Shown here: one piece after another, positions 29,001 to 38,731 of the stretch
How the letters are laid out: every line of letters begins with the position of its first letter
How positions within the stretch are numbered: position 1 is the first letter of the stretch
NCBI GenBank assembly: GCA_020853105.1
Contig: JADYZM010000061.1
Span: 13,410 to 77,409, forward strand
DNA: 64,000 bases
Reading direction: 5' to 3'
DNA from: Flavobacteriales bacterium
GTDB taxonomy: Bacteria; Bacteroidota; Bacteroidia; Flavobacteriales_E; Vicingaceae
Position numbers and translations under genes: made by a program
The notes under the pieces: generated by a model
What the model was told of the DNA's origin: nothing
Seen by the model: only the letters and a program-made list of their open reading frames with translations
Databases searched by the model: none

Positions 29001-31359
29001 AAATGTTGGAGCAAACAGTCCAACTTATATAAACACTTCTCTGTCTAATGCTGACATCATCACTTGTGTTTTATCAATAAACGGAACTTCCGGTTGTAAT
29101 GGAGACACTTTAATAACTTCAAACACCATTACTATTAATGAAGAAAACCTTAATTCATTCTCAATATTTTTTATAACCAAAGAAACAACAGCCAGAAATG
29201 GTTGCCAATACGCAGTTGAAGATGTCTATTGGAAATCTGTTTCGGGAGTAACTAAAAGCAGTAACAACCTCACTAAATCTGGTGGAATACTTTCATGGAA
29301 TACCGGTGCAATTTCCGGAAACTCTATCAATTCTAATGGTTATTTTCAGTTTGTAGCTTCTGAAACAAACAAAAGTAGAATGATTGGACTAAATTCAAAT
29401 CACACCACATTCAACTACGTAGATATAGATTATGCTTTTTACTTAATAGGGGGTGGTGCATTACATGTATATGAAAATGGTACTAATATAGGAAGTGTTG
29501 GAACATATTCTACTAATGACACACTAAGAATTGAAGCAGTTGGAAATACTGTAAAATATATAAAAAACAACAATGTTTTATACACAAGTTTAGTTGCACC
29601 AACATTTCCATTGTATGTTGATGCTTCAATAAACTCCGTTGGAGGAACACTAAATAACGCTCAAATTGGAAATGCCACTCACGGAAATTTTATCGCAACC
29701 TATCAGAATGTTGGGACAAGCCCATCATTCCAATGGAAATTAAACGGTGTAAATGTTGGAACCAATTCTCCTTCATACAGTAATGACACACTCAAACACA
29801 ACGATGAAATTACTTGTGTTTTAACTCCTGATTTTCAAAATTGCTCCTCATCAACCCCTACATCAAATAAAATAACTATTAAAGACAATCCGCCAACCAA
29901 CATGCTTCCTTCATTTACAGCAACTAACAGCACATGGCTTGGAACAAATACAAGTTGGTACGATCCGACAAACTGGTCTGCAGGAGTTCCAAGATCCGGA
30001 TACAATGCAATAATTCCAACTGGTTTAGGAAATTATCCAAGTATTCCAACCAGAGCCTATTTATATTCGATGGACGTTGCAGCAGGTGCATCAGTTAGTC
30101 TTTCAAGCAATGCACACCTAAGTGTATATGATGAGTGGACTAATGCAGGTTCATTCACTACAAATGTGGGTATGGTTGAATTTAAAACTTGTGTTGATAC
30201 TTCCAGATGGAGTTCAACTATTCCGGTAACAATTTACGACATGAAAATAAACAACACCAAAGGAATGGTTATCAGTAATGGAAACATGCACATCTCCGAT
30301 TCTCTCATTTTTTCAAAAGGAATCATCTATAACAATGATAATGAAATAGTTTTTGATGATAATTCTTCTTGGAAATGGGCTTCAAACACATCATATATTA
30401 ATGGAGAAGCTCAAAAAACAGGTAATGATGCTTTTACATTCCCTGTTGGAGACAGTTCTGTTCTTCGACCGGCTTCAATTTCTGCACCAAGTATTGCAAC
30501 TGACCATTTTACAACCAGATACTACAAGAAAAATGCACATCCTACTTATGACAAAAATCTTAAAGATGCTTCGATAGACCACGTGAGCACATGTGAATAT
30601 TGGATAATTGACCGTACAGGAGGTTCTTCAAACGTTTCTGTTACATTATCTTGGAATAATCCAACCAGCTGTGGGGTTAACAATTTATCACAATTATTAG
30701 TTTCCAGATGGGACGGAACAATGTGGAAAGACCACGGAAATGGTGGAACAACAGGAAATGTAACAACAGGTACAGTAATAAGTAGTGCTCCTGTTACAAC
30801 ATTCAGCCCTTTTACTTTAGCAACCACTACCTCAAACAATCCATTACCTGTTCAGCTTTTAAACTTTGAAGCTGAACTCAACAAAAAAGTAGTGAATTTG
30901 AAATGGATGACTGAAACAGAAATTAACAACGATTTCTTTACCGTTGAAAGAAGTAAAGGTTTGTCTTTATGGATAGAAATTAGTGAGGTAAAAGGTGCTG
31001 GTAATAGTAATTATAAGTTGAGCTACTCTGCTATTGACCAAAATCCACTAGATGGAATTTCTTACTACCGTTTAAAACAAACAGATTTTAATGGAGAATA
31101 CAGTTACAGTGATATTGAATCTGTAAACAATAAAAATTTGAATGAATTTTTGATATATCCAAATCCTGTAAAAGATATTTTATTTATCAAGACACAATGT
31201 TCATCTTGTTTTGTGAAAATATACTCTTCAATCGGGCAACTTATCTATTCAGGGAACTTGACTGAAATCAACACTTCAAGTTGGTCAAATGGTTTATATA
31301 AAATTGTTATAACAGATAACATAGGAAATATATTCAATTCTGATGTTATTAAAAACTAA
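26098..31359 (+). CDS. Giant T9SS-secreted surface protein with five ~250-aa repeats (putative adhesin)
   Basis: Probable start ATG 26098 (MKILKLFTLIAIQLSVINPLKSQ signal peptide). The QWKLNG marker recurs at 26737, 27478, 28228, 28981 and 29731. Ends in PLPV, YYRLKQTDFNG and IYPNPV T9SS signal. Confidence 0.85.
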   Translation: MKILKLFTLIAIQLSVINPLKSQCYFTTTGDTTSIKTCKYTLENVVWKNHVGTASTLNNITKPAGIASWDSDAVSENKVYNNGFVQTIIAENNSDRMIGLNTVNSNTSYTDLEYAFFLTWNGTFQIYESGSGRGTWGYYQTGDTLRISVMNSTVFYIQNNHIVYTSTVTPSLPMFVDISMNTVGSTLKSVVVGNGTDSIYNAYEANPGVPPTYQWKLNGGNVGANIPTYTNNLTDGDSLECVLTPGIGGCSLTPVTSNTIHIKSLPIDFDINFFIENDSILNGSCKYLSERIRWESISSDYLNGSNNVSKNSGIGAWNVGGFSHNRVEDGGFLQFIASETTTSRMIGLNAVNTNVSYTDIDYAFYLQGAGVYGVYENGSSKGNWGSYSTGDTMQIAVVGNEVRYVQNGNVVYTSTIAPTLPLYVDFSINSIGATIQNISVSNPTYGRFKARTYGMANVNYQWKLNGGNVGTNSTTYTNTSLSTNDVITCDFYISQSTECGGDTTFTSNSITVLDQTPKKNLIFSIRNDSIVNSSCKYAFEEVSWQSISGLTQSGSNNLVKTSGTNSWTTGAFSYNMVKEGGYMMTIADETNKFRMIGLSSSNTNMSYNDIDYAIYMQNGGIINIYENGINRGNWGSFSTGDTLKIAVVGNEVRYIQNSNVIYTSLVAPTLPLFVDLSINSVGGTLKNIYVNNTTYGKYSAFVSGASSVKYQWKLNGANVGTDSPTYTNTGIANGDSISCELTLTNTLGCSSDTVAYSNKIFINEQDLTSSVIFSIRNDSIIDNSCLFANEQVSWQSISGLTLNGTNNVTKTSGVWGWWDVGGFSYNKVDEGGFMQTIAFETTTDRMIGLNAVNTNVNYTEIDYTFYLQAGNALSIFENGVFRGNYGTYSTGDTLRIAVINNQVLYIHNGNVIYTSAVAPSLPLYVDMSLATTGATLKDITVYNGLYGKFTAYVNGASSVSYQWKLNGGNVGANSPTYINTSLSNADIITCVLSINGTSGCNGDTLITSNTITINEENLNSFSIFFITKETTARNGCQYAVEDVYWKSVSGVTKSSNNLTKSGGILSWNTGAISGNSINSNGYFQFVASETNKSRMIGLNSNHTTFNYVDIDYAFYLIGGGALHVYENGTNIGSVGTYSTNDTLRIEAVGNTVKYIKNNNVLYTSLVAPTFPLYVDASINSVGGTLNNAQIGNATHGNFIATYQNVGTSPSFQWKLNGVNVGTNSPSYSNDTLKHNDEITCVLTPDFQNCSSSTPTSNKITIKDNPPTNMLPSFTATNSTWLGTNTSWYDPTNWSAGVPRSGYNAIIPTGLGNYPSIPTRAYLYSMDVAAGASVSLSSNAHLSVYDEWTNAGSFTTNVGMVEFKTCVDTSRWSSTIPVTIYDMKINNTKGMVISNGNMHISDSLIFSKGIIYNNDNEIVFDDNSSWKWASNTSYINGEAQKTGNDAFTFPVGDSSVLRPASISAPSIATDHFTTRYYKKNAHPTYDKNLKDASIDHVSTCEYWIIDRTGGSSNVSVTLSWNNPTSCGVNNLSQLLVSRWDGTMWKDHGNGGTTGNVTTGTVISSAPVTTFSPFTLATTTSNNPLPVQLLNFEAELNKKVVNLKWMTETEINNDFFTVERSKGLSLWIEISEVKGAGNSNYKLSYSAIDQNPLDGISYYRLKQTDFNGEYSYSDIESVNNKNLNEFLIYPNPVKDILFIKTQCSSCFVKIYSSIGQLIYSGNLTEINTSSWSNGLYKIVITDNIGNIFNSDVIKN

Positions 31360-31365
31360 AAAATT

Positions 31366-34300
31366 ATGAAGAAAAAAATACTCCTCTTAATATCTATTTC
31401 AATTCCGGTTTTATTATTTTCACAACCGGCAAATGATAATGTTGCTGGGGCTATTACATTAACTCATTCTGCAAACAATTGTTCTGCAAATGCGGCTTAC
31501 ACAACAATAGCTGCAACTGCTGACGGAAACTCAGGCAGTTGTTGGGAAAACGGACCGAATTATACCGTTTGGTTTAAATTTGTTGCTACAACCACCGAAG
31601 TAACTTTAAACCTAAAAGTGGGTGGTGCTTTCGGAACCATGCAACATCCAAACATGGCTCTGTGGGAAAGTGATGCCACTACTGAAATTGCTTGTGTTCG
31701 TAGAATTGATAGTTATACCGATGTACAAATCAGTAAATCCGGACTAACCGTAGGTAATACTTATTACATCTCAGTTGACAACTACGTAGGACTAGGATAT
31801 CGAGGAACTTTCTCTTTATGTATTGACAATACAGTAAATTATGATGAACCTGCTGGGGCAGTTACTCTTGTTCATTCTGCAAACAACTGTTCTGCTAATG
31901 CTGCCTACTCTACCTTGTTTGCTACTACAGACGGTTTAAAAGGCAGTTGTTGGGAAAACGGACCCAATTATACCCGTTGGTTCAAATTTGTTGCTACTTC
32001 ATCAAATGTAACTTTAGACTTAAAAGTGGGTGGAGCTTATGGAACCATGCAACACCCAAACATGGCTCTATGGGAAAGTGATGCAACAACAGAAGTGGCT
32101 TGTGTTCGCAGAATTGACAGTTATACAGATGTGCAAATCAGTAAATCCGGACTAACCGTTGGTAATACTTATTATATCTCCGTTGATAATTATGTCGGTC
32201 TTTCTTATCGAGGTACTTTTACACTTTGTATTGACAATACAGTAAATTATGACGAACCTGCAGGGGCAGTTACTCTTGTTCACTCTGCAAACAACTGTTC
32301 TGCTAATGCAGCCTACTCTACTATGTTTGCCACTGCTGATGGTTTAAAAGGCAGTTGCTGGGAAAACGGTCCAAATTATACCCGTTGGTTCAAATTTGTT
32401 GCTACTTCATCAAATGTAACTTTAGACTTAAAAGTGGGTGGGGCTTTCGGAACCATGCAACATCCAAACATGGCTCTATGGGAAAGTGATGCAACAACAG
32501 AAGTAGCTTGTGTTCGTAGAATTGATAGCTACACCGATGTACAAATCAGTAAGTCTGGACTAATCGTTGGTAATACTTATTATATCTCAGTTGACAACTA
32601 CGTAGGACTAGGATATCGAGGAACTTTCTCTTTATGTATTGACAATACAGTAAATTATGATGAACCTGCTGGGGCTGTTACCCTTATACACTCAACGAAT
32701 AATTGCTCTGCAAATGCAGCCTACTCTACTATGTTTGCCACTGCTGATGGTTTAAAAGGCAGTTGCTGGGAAAACGGTCCAAATTATACCCGTTGGTTCA
32801 AATTTGTTGCTACAAATAATGAATTGACACTTGACTTGAAAGTAGGTGGAGTTTATGGTACCATGCAACATCCAAATATGGCTCTTTGGGAAAGTGATGC
32901 AACTACTGAAGTTGCTTGTGTCCGTAGAATAGACAGTTATACCGATGTACAAATTGTTTATTCCAATCTTGTGGTTGGTAATACCTATTATGTTTCTGTA
33001 GATAACTATGTTGGAGCGGCCTATCAAGGAACATTTACAATTTGCATTTCTGACCAATCCAATTATGACAATATCTCTGGAGCACTTACATTAGTTCATA
33101 CTTCAAACAATTGTTCTTCAAATAGTGCATATACAACAATCAATGCGACTTCGGATGGATTAAAAGGTTCTTGCTGGGAAAACGGACCTAACTATACTCG
33201 TTGGTTTAAATTTGTTGCAACAACACCTTATGTAACCCTTGATTTAAAAGTGGGCGGAGCTTATGGTACTATGCAACATCCAAACATGGCTCTTTGGGAA
33301 AGCGATGCAACTACTGAAATTGCTTGTGTGCGTCGAATTGACAGCTATACCGATGTTCAAATTTCATATCCTTCATTGGTAATTGGTAATACGTATTATG
33401 TTTCTGTTGATAATTACGTAGGACTTGGATATCGGGGAACTTTCTCTCTTTGTATTGATAACACTGTTGATTACGATTATTCTCTAGGAGCAATTGAATT
33501 GACCGATTTAAATAATTGGTGCTCAGCAAATGCTGCATACACCACTATTAATGCAACTCCTGACGGATTAAAAGGAAGCTGTTGGGAAAACGGACCAAAT
33601 TATACCCGTTGGTTTAAATTTGTGGCTGTTTCACCTAATGTTACCGTACAAATGAAAACAGGTGGTGCTGAAGGAAATCTTCAACATCCAAATGTTGCTT
33701 TGTGGGAGTCAGATGCAACCACACAAGTTGCTTGTACTAAAAGAACATCAGCCTATGCAGACGTGTCAATGAGCTCTGGAGCTTTGGTGGTTGGAAACAC
33801 TTATTACATTTCATGCGATAATTATGTTGGAACAAGCTATAGAGGTACTTTCTCTTTGTGTATAGATAACGTAGATACTGAATATTATTCAATTGCAGAT
33901 GGAAATTGGAACAATCCTAATAATTGGTCAATTGTGTATCACAACGGACCAGCGGCTGCATCCTATCCAACATCAGGTGATATAGCGTATATCAGAGGAA
34001 ATTCAATTACTGTTCCAACAGTTGAAGCCGCTGCGGAAGTAATCATGAACGATTCAAGTTATGCCCCAACAAACATTACAATTAACGGAGGAACACTGAA
34101 TATTGCAGGTAAAATGTCATTTACAAATTCCGGAACTAATTTAGACCAAATTATTGCTGTTACTGTAAATGGTAAATTGAACATCAATGATAACCTAACT
34201 CTAAATAGAGCCGGTGGAAATAATCTTTTTGACTTGACTGTTGCCAACGGATGTTCAGTTACAGTAAACAAAGATTTTATTATAAACTCTAGTGGTGGTG

Positions 34301-35778
34301 GAACAAACAATAATCAAGTTATTATTAATGGTAATGGAACATTAACAGTTAATAGAGATTTTTTACTAACAGAAACAGGAGGGATAAAAACTTTTATCCA
34401 AATGAATAACACATCTAAACTAAATGCAAAAAGAGACATTCAAATTACTGCCACTACAGATAATAAAATAGCATTTGAACTTAACAACACAAGCACTTTA
34501 TCAATAGGCAGAAATTTTAAACGTGGAACTCCTGCTTATGGAATACTAACTTCAAATAATACTTCAACAGTTAATTACAATGGAACTATGTATTCTCAAA
34601 CAGTAGCTTCCGGTGGCTCAGGAACAGGAGATGTTATTTCTTATAAAAATTTAGTTTTTAATAATACACATATCACAGTTCCTCAACTTACAATTTCTGG
34701 TGGAAATCTTGCAGTTGAAAACCAACTTACTCTAACCAGTGGAATAGTTAAAACAACATCATCTAACCTACTAATTATGAATAACGGAACCACTACCTCT
34801 GGTGGTTCATCAACATCTTATATTGACGGGCCTATACGAAAAATAGGAACATCAGCATATACATTTCATGTTGGAAAGGGAGGTTTTTATGCTCCAATAA
34901 AAATTTCAGCACCTTCAGTAGCCACTGATTATTTTACTGCAGAATATTACAATGCCGACCCTACTCCATTGTATAATACTGCTCTCCATGATGTTAGTAT
35001 CAATCATTTATCTACAATAGAATATTGGACATTAGATAGAGCCGGAACAAGCAATGTTAATGTTACATTAACTTGGGACACCCCTCGAAGCGGTATAATT
35101 GATACTATAGCCAACTTGGTTGTTGCCAGATGGAATGGAACCACTTGGAAAGACCACGGAAATGGTGGAACCACAGGAAACACAACAGCAGGTTCAGTTA
35201 TCTCTTCTGCTCCAGTTACAAGTTTTAGCCCATTTACTTTAGCTTCAACAACTACTGCAAATCCATTACCGGTTAAACTTGTTTTATTTGATGCCAATTC
35301 TACTAAAAACTCTGTTTGGTTAACTTGGCAAACCGAAACCGAGATAAACAACGATTATTTTACTGTTGAAAGAAGTTCTGACTTAACAAATTGGGAAACG
35401 ATAAAACAAGTTCAAGGTGCAGGTAATAGTAATTCAAAACTGAATTATGCTGCTGTTGACCAAAAACCATTAAACGGAATTTCCTATTATCGTTTAAAAC
35501 AAACAGATTTTAATGGAGAATACAGTTATAGCGACATTCGTTCAATCAATTACAATTCAATAGGAGATTTTACAGTATATCCGAACCCTGTAAAAGACAA
35601 ACTAACCATTAAATCAAATTGTAAAGACTGTTTAGTTTCAATTTTCTCGTCAATGGGGCAAAAAATTTACTCAGGATCTGATTTTGAATTAGACACTAAA
35701 AATTGGGCAAGTGGTGTGTATGAAGTTGTTATCATCAACAACGAAGGAAATTCATTTGTAACTAAGATAATAAAATAA
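31366..35778 (+). CDS. Giant T9SS-secreted surface protein with six 136-aa Cys-containing repeats
   Basis: Signal peptide. The CWENGPNY Trp codon recurs at 31543, 31951, 32359, 32767, 33175 and 33583 (exact 408-bp period). Beta-rich middle region, T9SS C-terminal domain. Confidence 0.88.
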   Translation: MKKKILLLISISIPVLLFSQPANDNVAGAITLTHSANNCSANAAYTTIAATADGNSGSCWENGPNYTVWFKFVATTTEVTLNLKVGGAFGTMQHPNMALWESDATTEIACVRRIDSYTDVQISKSGLTVGNTYYISVDNYVGLGYRGTFSLCIDNTVNYDEPAGAVTLVHSANNCSANAAYSTLFATTDGLKGSCWENGPNYTRWFKFVATSSNVTLDLKVGGAYGTMQHPNMALWESDATTEVACVRRIDSYTDVQISKSGLTVGNTYYISVDNYVGLSYRGTFTLCIDNTVNYDEPAGAVTLVHSANNCSANAAYSTMFATADGLKGSCWENGPNYTRWFKFVATSSNVTLDLKVGGAFGTMQHPNMALWESDATTEVACVRRIDSYTDVQISKSGLIVGNTYYISVDNYVGLGYRGTFSLCIDNTVNYDEPAGAVTLIHSTNNCSANAAYSTMFATADGLKGSCWENGPNYTRWFKFVATNNELTLDLKVGGVYGTMQHPNMALWESDATTEVACVRRIDSYTDVQIVYSNLVVGNTYYVSVDNYVGAAYQGTFTICISDQSNYDNISGALTLVHTSNNCSSNSAYTTINATSDGLKGSCWENGPNYTRWFKFVATTPYVTLDLKVGGAYGTMQHPNMALWESDATTEIACVRRIDSYTDVQISYPSLVIGNTYYVSVDNYVGLGYRGTFSLCIDNTVDYDYSLGAIELTDLNNWCSANAAYTTINATPDGLKGSCWENGPNYTRWFKFVAVSPNVTVQMKTGGAEGNLQHPNVALWESDATTQVACTKRTSAYADVSMSSGALVVGNTYYISCDNYVGTSYRGTFSLCIDNVDTEYYSIADGNWNNPNNWSIVYHNGPAAASYPTSGDIAYIRGNSITVPTVEAAAEVIMNDSSYAPTNITINGGTLNIAGKMSFTNSGTNLDQIIAVTVNGKLNINDNLTLNRAGGNNLFDLTVANGCSVTVNKDFIINSSGGGTNNNQVIINGNGTLTVNRDFLLTETGGIKTFIQMNNTSKLNAKRDIQITATTDNKIAFELNNTSTLSIGRNFKRGTPAYGILTSNNTSTVNYNGTMYSQTVASGGSGTGDVISYKNLVFNNTHITVPQLTISGGNLAVENQLTLTSGIVKTTSSNLLIMNNGTTTSGGSSTSYIDGPIRKIGTSAYTFHVGKGGFYAPIKISAPSVATDYFTAEYYNADPTPLYNTALHDVSINHLSTIEYWTLDRAGTSNVNVTLTWDTPRSGIIDTIANLVVARWNGTTWKDHGNGGTTGNTTAGSVISSAPVTSFSPFTLASTTTANPLPVKLVLFDANSTKNSVWLTWQTETEINNDYFTVERSSDLTNWETIKQVQGAGNSNSKLNYAAVDQKPLNGISYYRLKQTDFNGEYSYSDIRSINYNSIGDFTVYPNPVKDKLTIKSNCKDCLVSIFSSMGQKIYSGSDFELDTKNWASGVYEVVIINNEGNSFVTKIIK
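31420..33870 (+). repeat. Intragenic tandem array, 6 x 408 bp
   Basis: Exact 408-bp periodicity with long identical nucleotide stretches between units; boundaries approximate. Confidence 0.9.
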
Positions 35779-35815
35779 GCCTTTATACAGTTGAAAAGGA
35801 TTTGTTTTTATCTTT

Positions 35816-35823
35816 TACCTTTG
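35816..35823 (+). promoter_or_regulatory. -7 promoter element for the cca operon
   Basis: TACCTTTG 17 bp before the TTG start. Confidence 0.5.
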
Positions 35824-35840
35824 TAAAAAAATAAATTACA

Positions 35841-37250
35841 TTGGTAGATTTTCTTAAACATCCCGTTTTTAAGCTTTTAGCTCAATCTTCAAAAGAACTG
35901 AAGTTTGAATCTTATGTAATTGGAGGCTTTGTTCGAGATAGTTTATTAAATAGACCTTGCAAAGACATTGATGTTGTTGCTATTGGCTCAGGAATTCAAC
36001 TGGCAGAATATGTAGCAAAATTAATCGGCAACAAAACCAAAGTAACCGTTTTTAAAAATTATGGAACTGCCATGCTCAATTATCAAGGTTTTGAAATTGA
36101 GTTTGTTGGAGCCAGAAAAGAAAGCTACGACAGAAAATCCAGAAATCCAATTGTAGAAAATGGAACACTGGAAGACGACCAAAACCGAAGAGATTTCACC
36201 ATAAATGCTTTGGCAATCAGTCTAAATGAAAATAATTTTGGCAAACTAATTGACCCATTTGGTGGCGTTGAGGATTTACAGAGAAAAATCATTCGAACAC
36301 CATTAAACCCGGTAATCACTTATTCCGATGATCCCTTACGAATGATGAGAGCCATTCGTTTTGCAACACAGCTTGGATTTGAAATTGAAGAAAATTCATT
36401 AAACGCTATTCAAGAAAACAAAAATCGAATAGAGATAGTATCAAAAGAAAGAATAATCGATGAACTCAATAAGATTATTTTATCCCCAAAACCTTCAATC
36501 GGTTTTAAATTATTGTTTAACACAGGAATTTTAGGACTGATTTTCCCAGAAATGGTCTTGCTTCACGGGGTAGAATTTATTGGAAAAAAAGGTCATAAAG
36601 ACAACTTCTATCACACTTTACAGGTTTTAGATAACATTTCTCTCAAAACAGATAACTTATGGTTGAGATGGGCTGCAATACTCCACGACATAGCAAAACC
36701 AGCAACAAAAAGATTTGATTCCCAACAAGGATGGACGTTTCACGGGCACGAAGACAAAGGTGCTCAGATGGTTCCTAAGATTTTCAAAAATTTAAAGCTG
36801 CCTCTGGACCACAAAATGAAATATGTTCAAAAGCTGGTTCGATTGCACCTACGCCCTATTGCACTGGTTAATGAAATTGTTTCTGACAGTGCAGTTCGAC
36901 GTTTACTTTTTGATGCAGGAGAAGATATTGATGATTTAATGACGTTGTGTAATGCAGATATCACTTCAAAAAATGAAGAAAAAGTAAGCCGGTATTTGTC
37001 TAATTTTGAATTGGTTAAAGAAAAACTCAACCAAGTTGAACAAAAAGACAAGTTGAGAAATTGGCAACCACCCATTACAGGTGAAGTCATCATGGAAATC
37101 TTCCAATTAAAACCATGCAAAGAAGTTGGTTTGATAAAAGATGCTATCAGGGAGGCAATACTTGAAGGAGAAATTCAAAACAATTACGACGACGCATACC
37201 AATTTATGTTAACAAAAGCGAAAGAACTTAAAATACACCCTAAAATATGA
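35841..37250 (+). CDS. cca: CCA tRNA nucleotidyltransferase with HD domain
   Basis: VIGGFVRD, KDIDV, RRDFTINA, DDPLRMMRAIRFA, LHDIAKP and FHGHE. Confidence 0.9.
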   Translation: MVDFLKHPVFKLLAQSSKELKFESYVIGGFVRDSLLNRPCKDIDVVAIGSGIQLAEYVAKLIGNKTKVTVFKNYGTAMLNYQGFEIEFVGARKESYDRKSRNPIVENGTLEDDQNRRDFTINALAISLNENNFGKLIDPFGGVEDLQRKIIRTPLNPVITYSDDPLRMMRAIRFATQLGFEIEENSLNAIQENKNRIEIVSKERIIDELNKIILSPKPSIGFKLLFNTGILGLIFPEMVLLHGVEFIGKKGHKDNFYHTLQVLDNISLKTDNLWLRWAAILHDIAKPATKRFDSQQGWTFHGHEDKGAQMVPKIFKNLKLPLDHKMKYVQKLVRLHLRPIALVNEIVSDSAVRRLLFDAGEDIDDLMTLCNADITSKNEEKVSRYLSNFELVKEKLNQVEQKDKLRNWQPPITGEVIMEIFQLKPCKEVGLIKDAIREAILEGEIQNNYDDAYQFMLTKAKELKIHPKI

Positions 37251-37798
37251 GCATTTACAAACTTAGAGTTTTGGCTGAAGGCGAAGAATTAATATTTAGA
37301 GATTTTATCATTAAAAGCACACAAACACTAGAAGACTTTCACGAAATTATTGTTGCTTCGTTCGAGCTTGACGGCAATGAAATGGCATCTTTCTATAAAA
37401 GCGATGAAAAATGGAACATCGGACAAGAAATTACTTTGTTTGATATAGGCAAATCTAATACCGACGAAATGCCATCTTTAGCAATGGAAGACGTCAAACT
37501 AAATTCTGTAATTAATTGTCCGGGTGATCATTTGCTGTATGCATACGATTTTCTTAATCTTAAAAACTTTTTTATTGAACTGCTGGAAATTATAGTAAAA
37601 GAAGATTCCGGTTTTTATCCACGTGTGATATACACTCAGGGAGAGTTAAAAGAATCTGAAAAAATGAATCAAAACTATTCTCAAGAAGACCACTTCGAGA
37701 ATAACGATGAAGACCTATTTATGGAAAATGAAAACTTTGATGAACATTTTGATGATTTTGATGACAATAACTTTGAAGACGATAATGCGAATTACTAA
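37247..37798 (+). CDS. pRiA4b ORF3-like protein with an acidic tail
   Basis: TLEDFHEII..F...EMASF, YAYDFL motif, Asp/Glu-rich C-terminus; in an operon between cca and miaA. Confidence 0.6.
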   Translation: MSIYKLRVLAEGEELIFRDFIIKSTQTLEDFHEIIVASFELDGNEMASFYKSDEKWNIGQEITLFDIGKSNTDEMPSLAMEDVKLNSVINCPGDHLLYAYDFLNLKNFFIELLEIIVKEDSGFYPRVIYTQGELKESEKMNQNYSQEDHFENNDEDLFMENENFDEHFDDFDDNNFEDDNANY

Positions 37799-37801
37799 TC
37801 C

Positions 37802-38704
37802 ATGTTACCTTTATTAGTTGTAATCACAGGTCCTACAGCAGTAGGAAAAACCAAACTTTGTGTTGAGCTGGCAAAACATTTTAACACGGAAATAATCAAT
37901 GCCGATTCTCGTCAATTCTTTAAAGAATTAACCATTGGAACAGCAAAACCAACCACCGAAGAAATGCAAAATGTTACACACCATTTTGTAGATTCACTCT
38001 CTGTTTCCCAAGATTATAACGCAACAAATTATGAAAAAGATGTGCTTATACTCCTCAATCATCTTTTTACCCGCCATTCATTAGTTATTTTAACCGGTGG
38101 CTCAGGGTTGTATATCGATGCCGTATGTAATGGTTTTGATGATGATATTCCTGCAGGAAATGCTGATCTTCGTAATGAACTAGAAATGTTATATAGTAAA
38201 TACGGAATTGAAATCCTACAACAAAAATTGGAGCAGCTCGACCCTGAAATGTTTAGTGAAATAGATAAAAACAATGTCAACCGACTATTTAGAGCAATTG
38301 AAGTATGTATGTTGAGCAAAAAAACATACACACAATTACGCACGGGTAAAAAACAGAAACGACCCTTTCGAATTTTGAAAATTGCTCTAACCAGAAACAT
38401 TGAAGAATTGTATGAAAGAATAAATACGCGTGTTGATTCGATGATAGAAAATGGATTAATAACAGAAGTTGCTCAATTGGAAAAATTCAAATCCAAAAAT
38501 GCCCTAAAAACCGTAGGATATTCTGAAATTTTTGATTTTTTTGATGGTAAAATAGATAAAGACACAGCAGTAAAAAAAATTAAAGTGAATACCAGAAGAT
38601 ATGCAAAAAAACAAATTCTTTGGTTTAAAAAATCAAATGATTACACTTGGTTTCACCCGAACGAAAAGGAAAAAATAATTTCATTTATCAATTCAAATAA
38701 ATAA
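37802..38704 (+). CDS. miaA: tRNA dimethylallyltransferase
   Basis: GPTAVGKT, ADSRQ, GTAKP, TGGSGLY, KTVGYSE and TRRYAKKQ. Confidence 0.93.
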   Translation: MLPLLVVITGPTAVGKTKLCVELAKHFNTEIINADSRQFFKELTIGTAKPTTEEMQNVTHHFVDSLSVSQDYNATNYEKDVLILLNHLFTRHSLVILTGGSGLYIDAVCNGFDDDIPAGNADLRNELEMLYSKYGIEILQQKLEQLDPEMFSEIDKNNVNRLFRAIEVCMLSKKTYTQLRTGKKQKRPFRILKIALTRNIEELYERINTRVDSMIENGLITEVAQLEKFKSKNALKTVGYSEIFDFFDGKIDKDTAVKKIKVNTRRYAKKQILWFKKSNDYTWFHPNEKEKIISFINSNK

Positions 38705-38731
38705 TTATATCTTAGCTAAAATTATTTTACT

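Noticed and set aside
31420-33870. Regular repeats as a possible CRISPR or non-coding array
   Set aside because: The 408-bp units are in-frame coding repeats with no unique spacers and no cas genes.
37247-37798. pRiA4b ORF3 / IS-passenger-like protein as a sign of a mobile element
   Set aside because: No transposase or terminal repeats; it is tightly embedded in the cca-miaA housekeeping operon.
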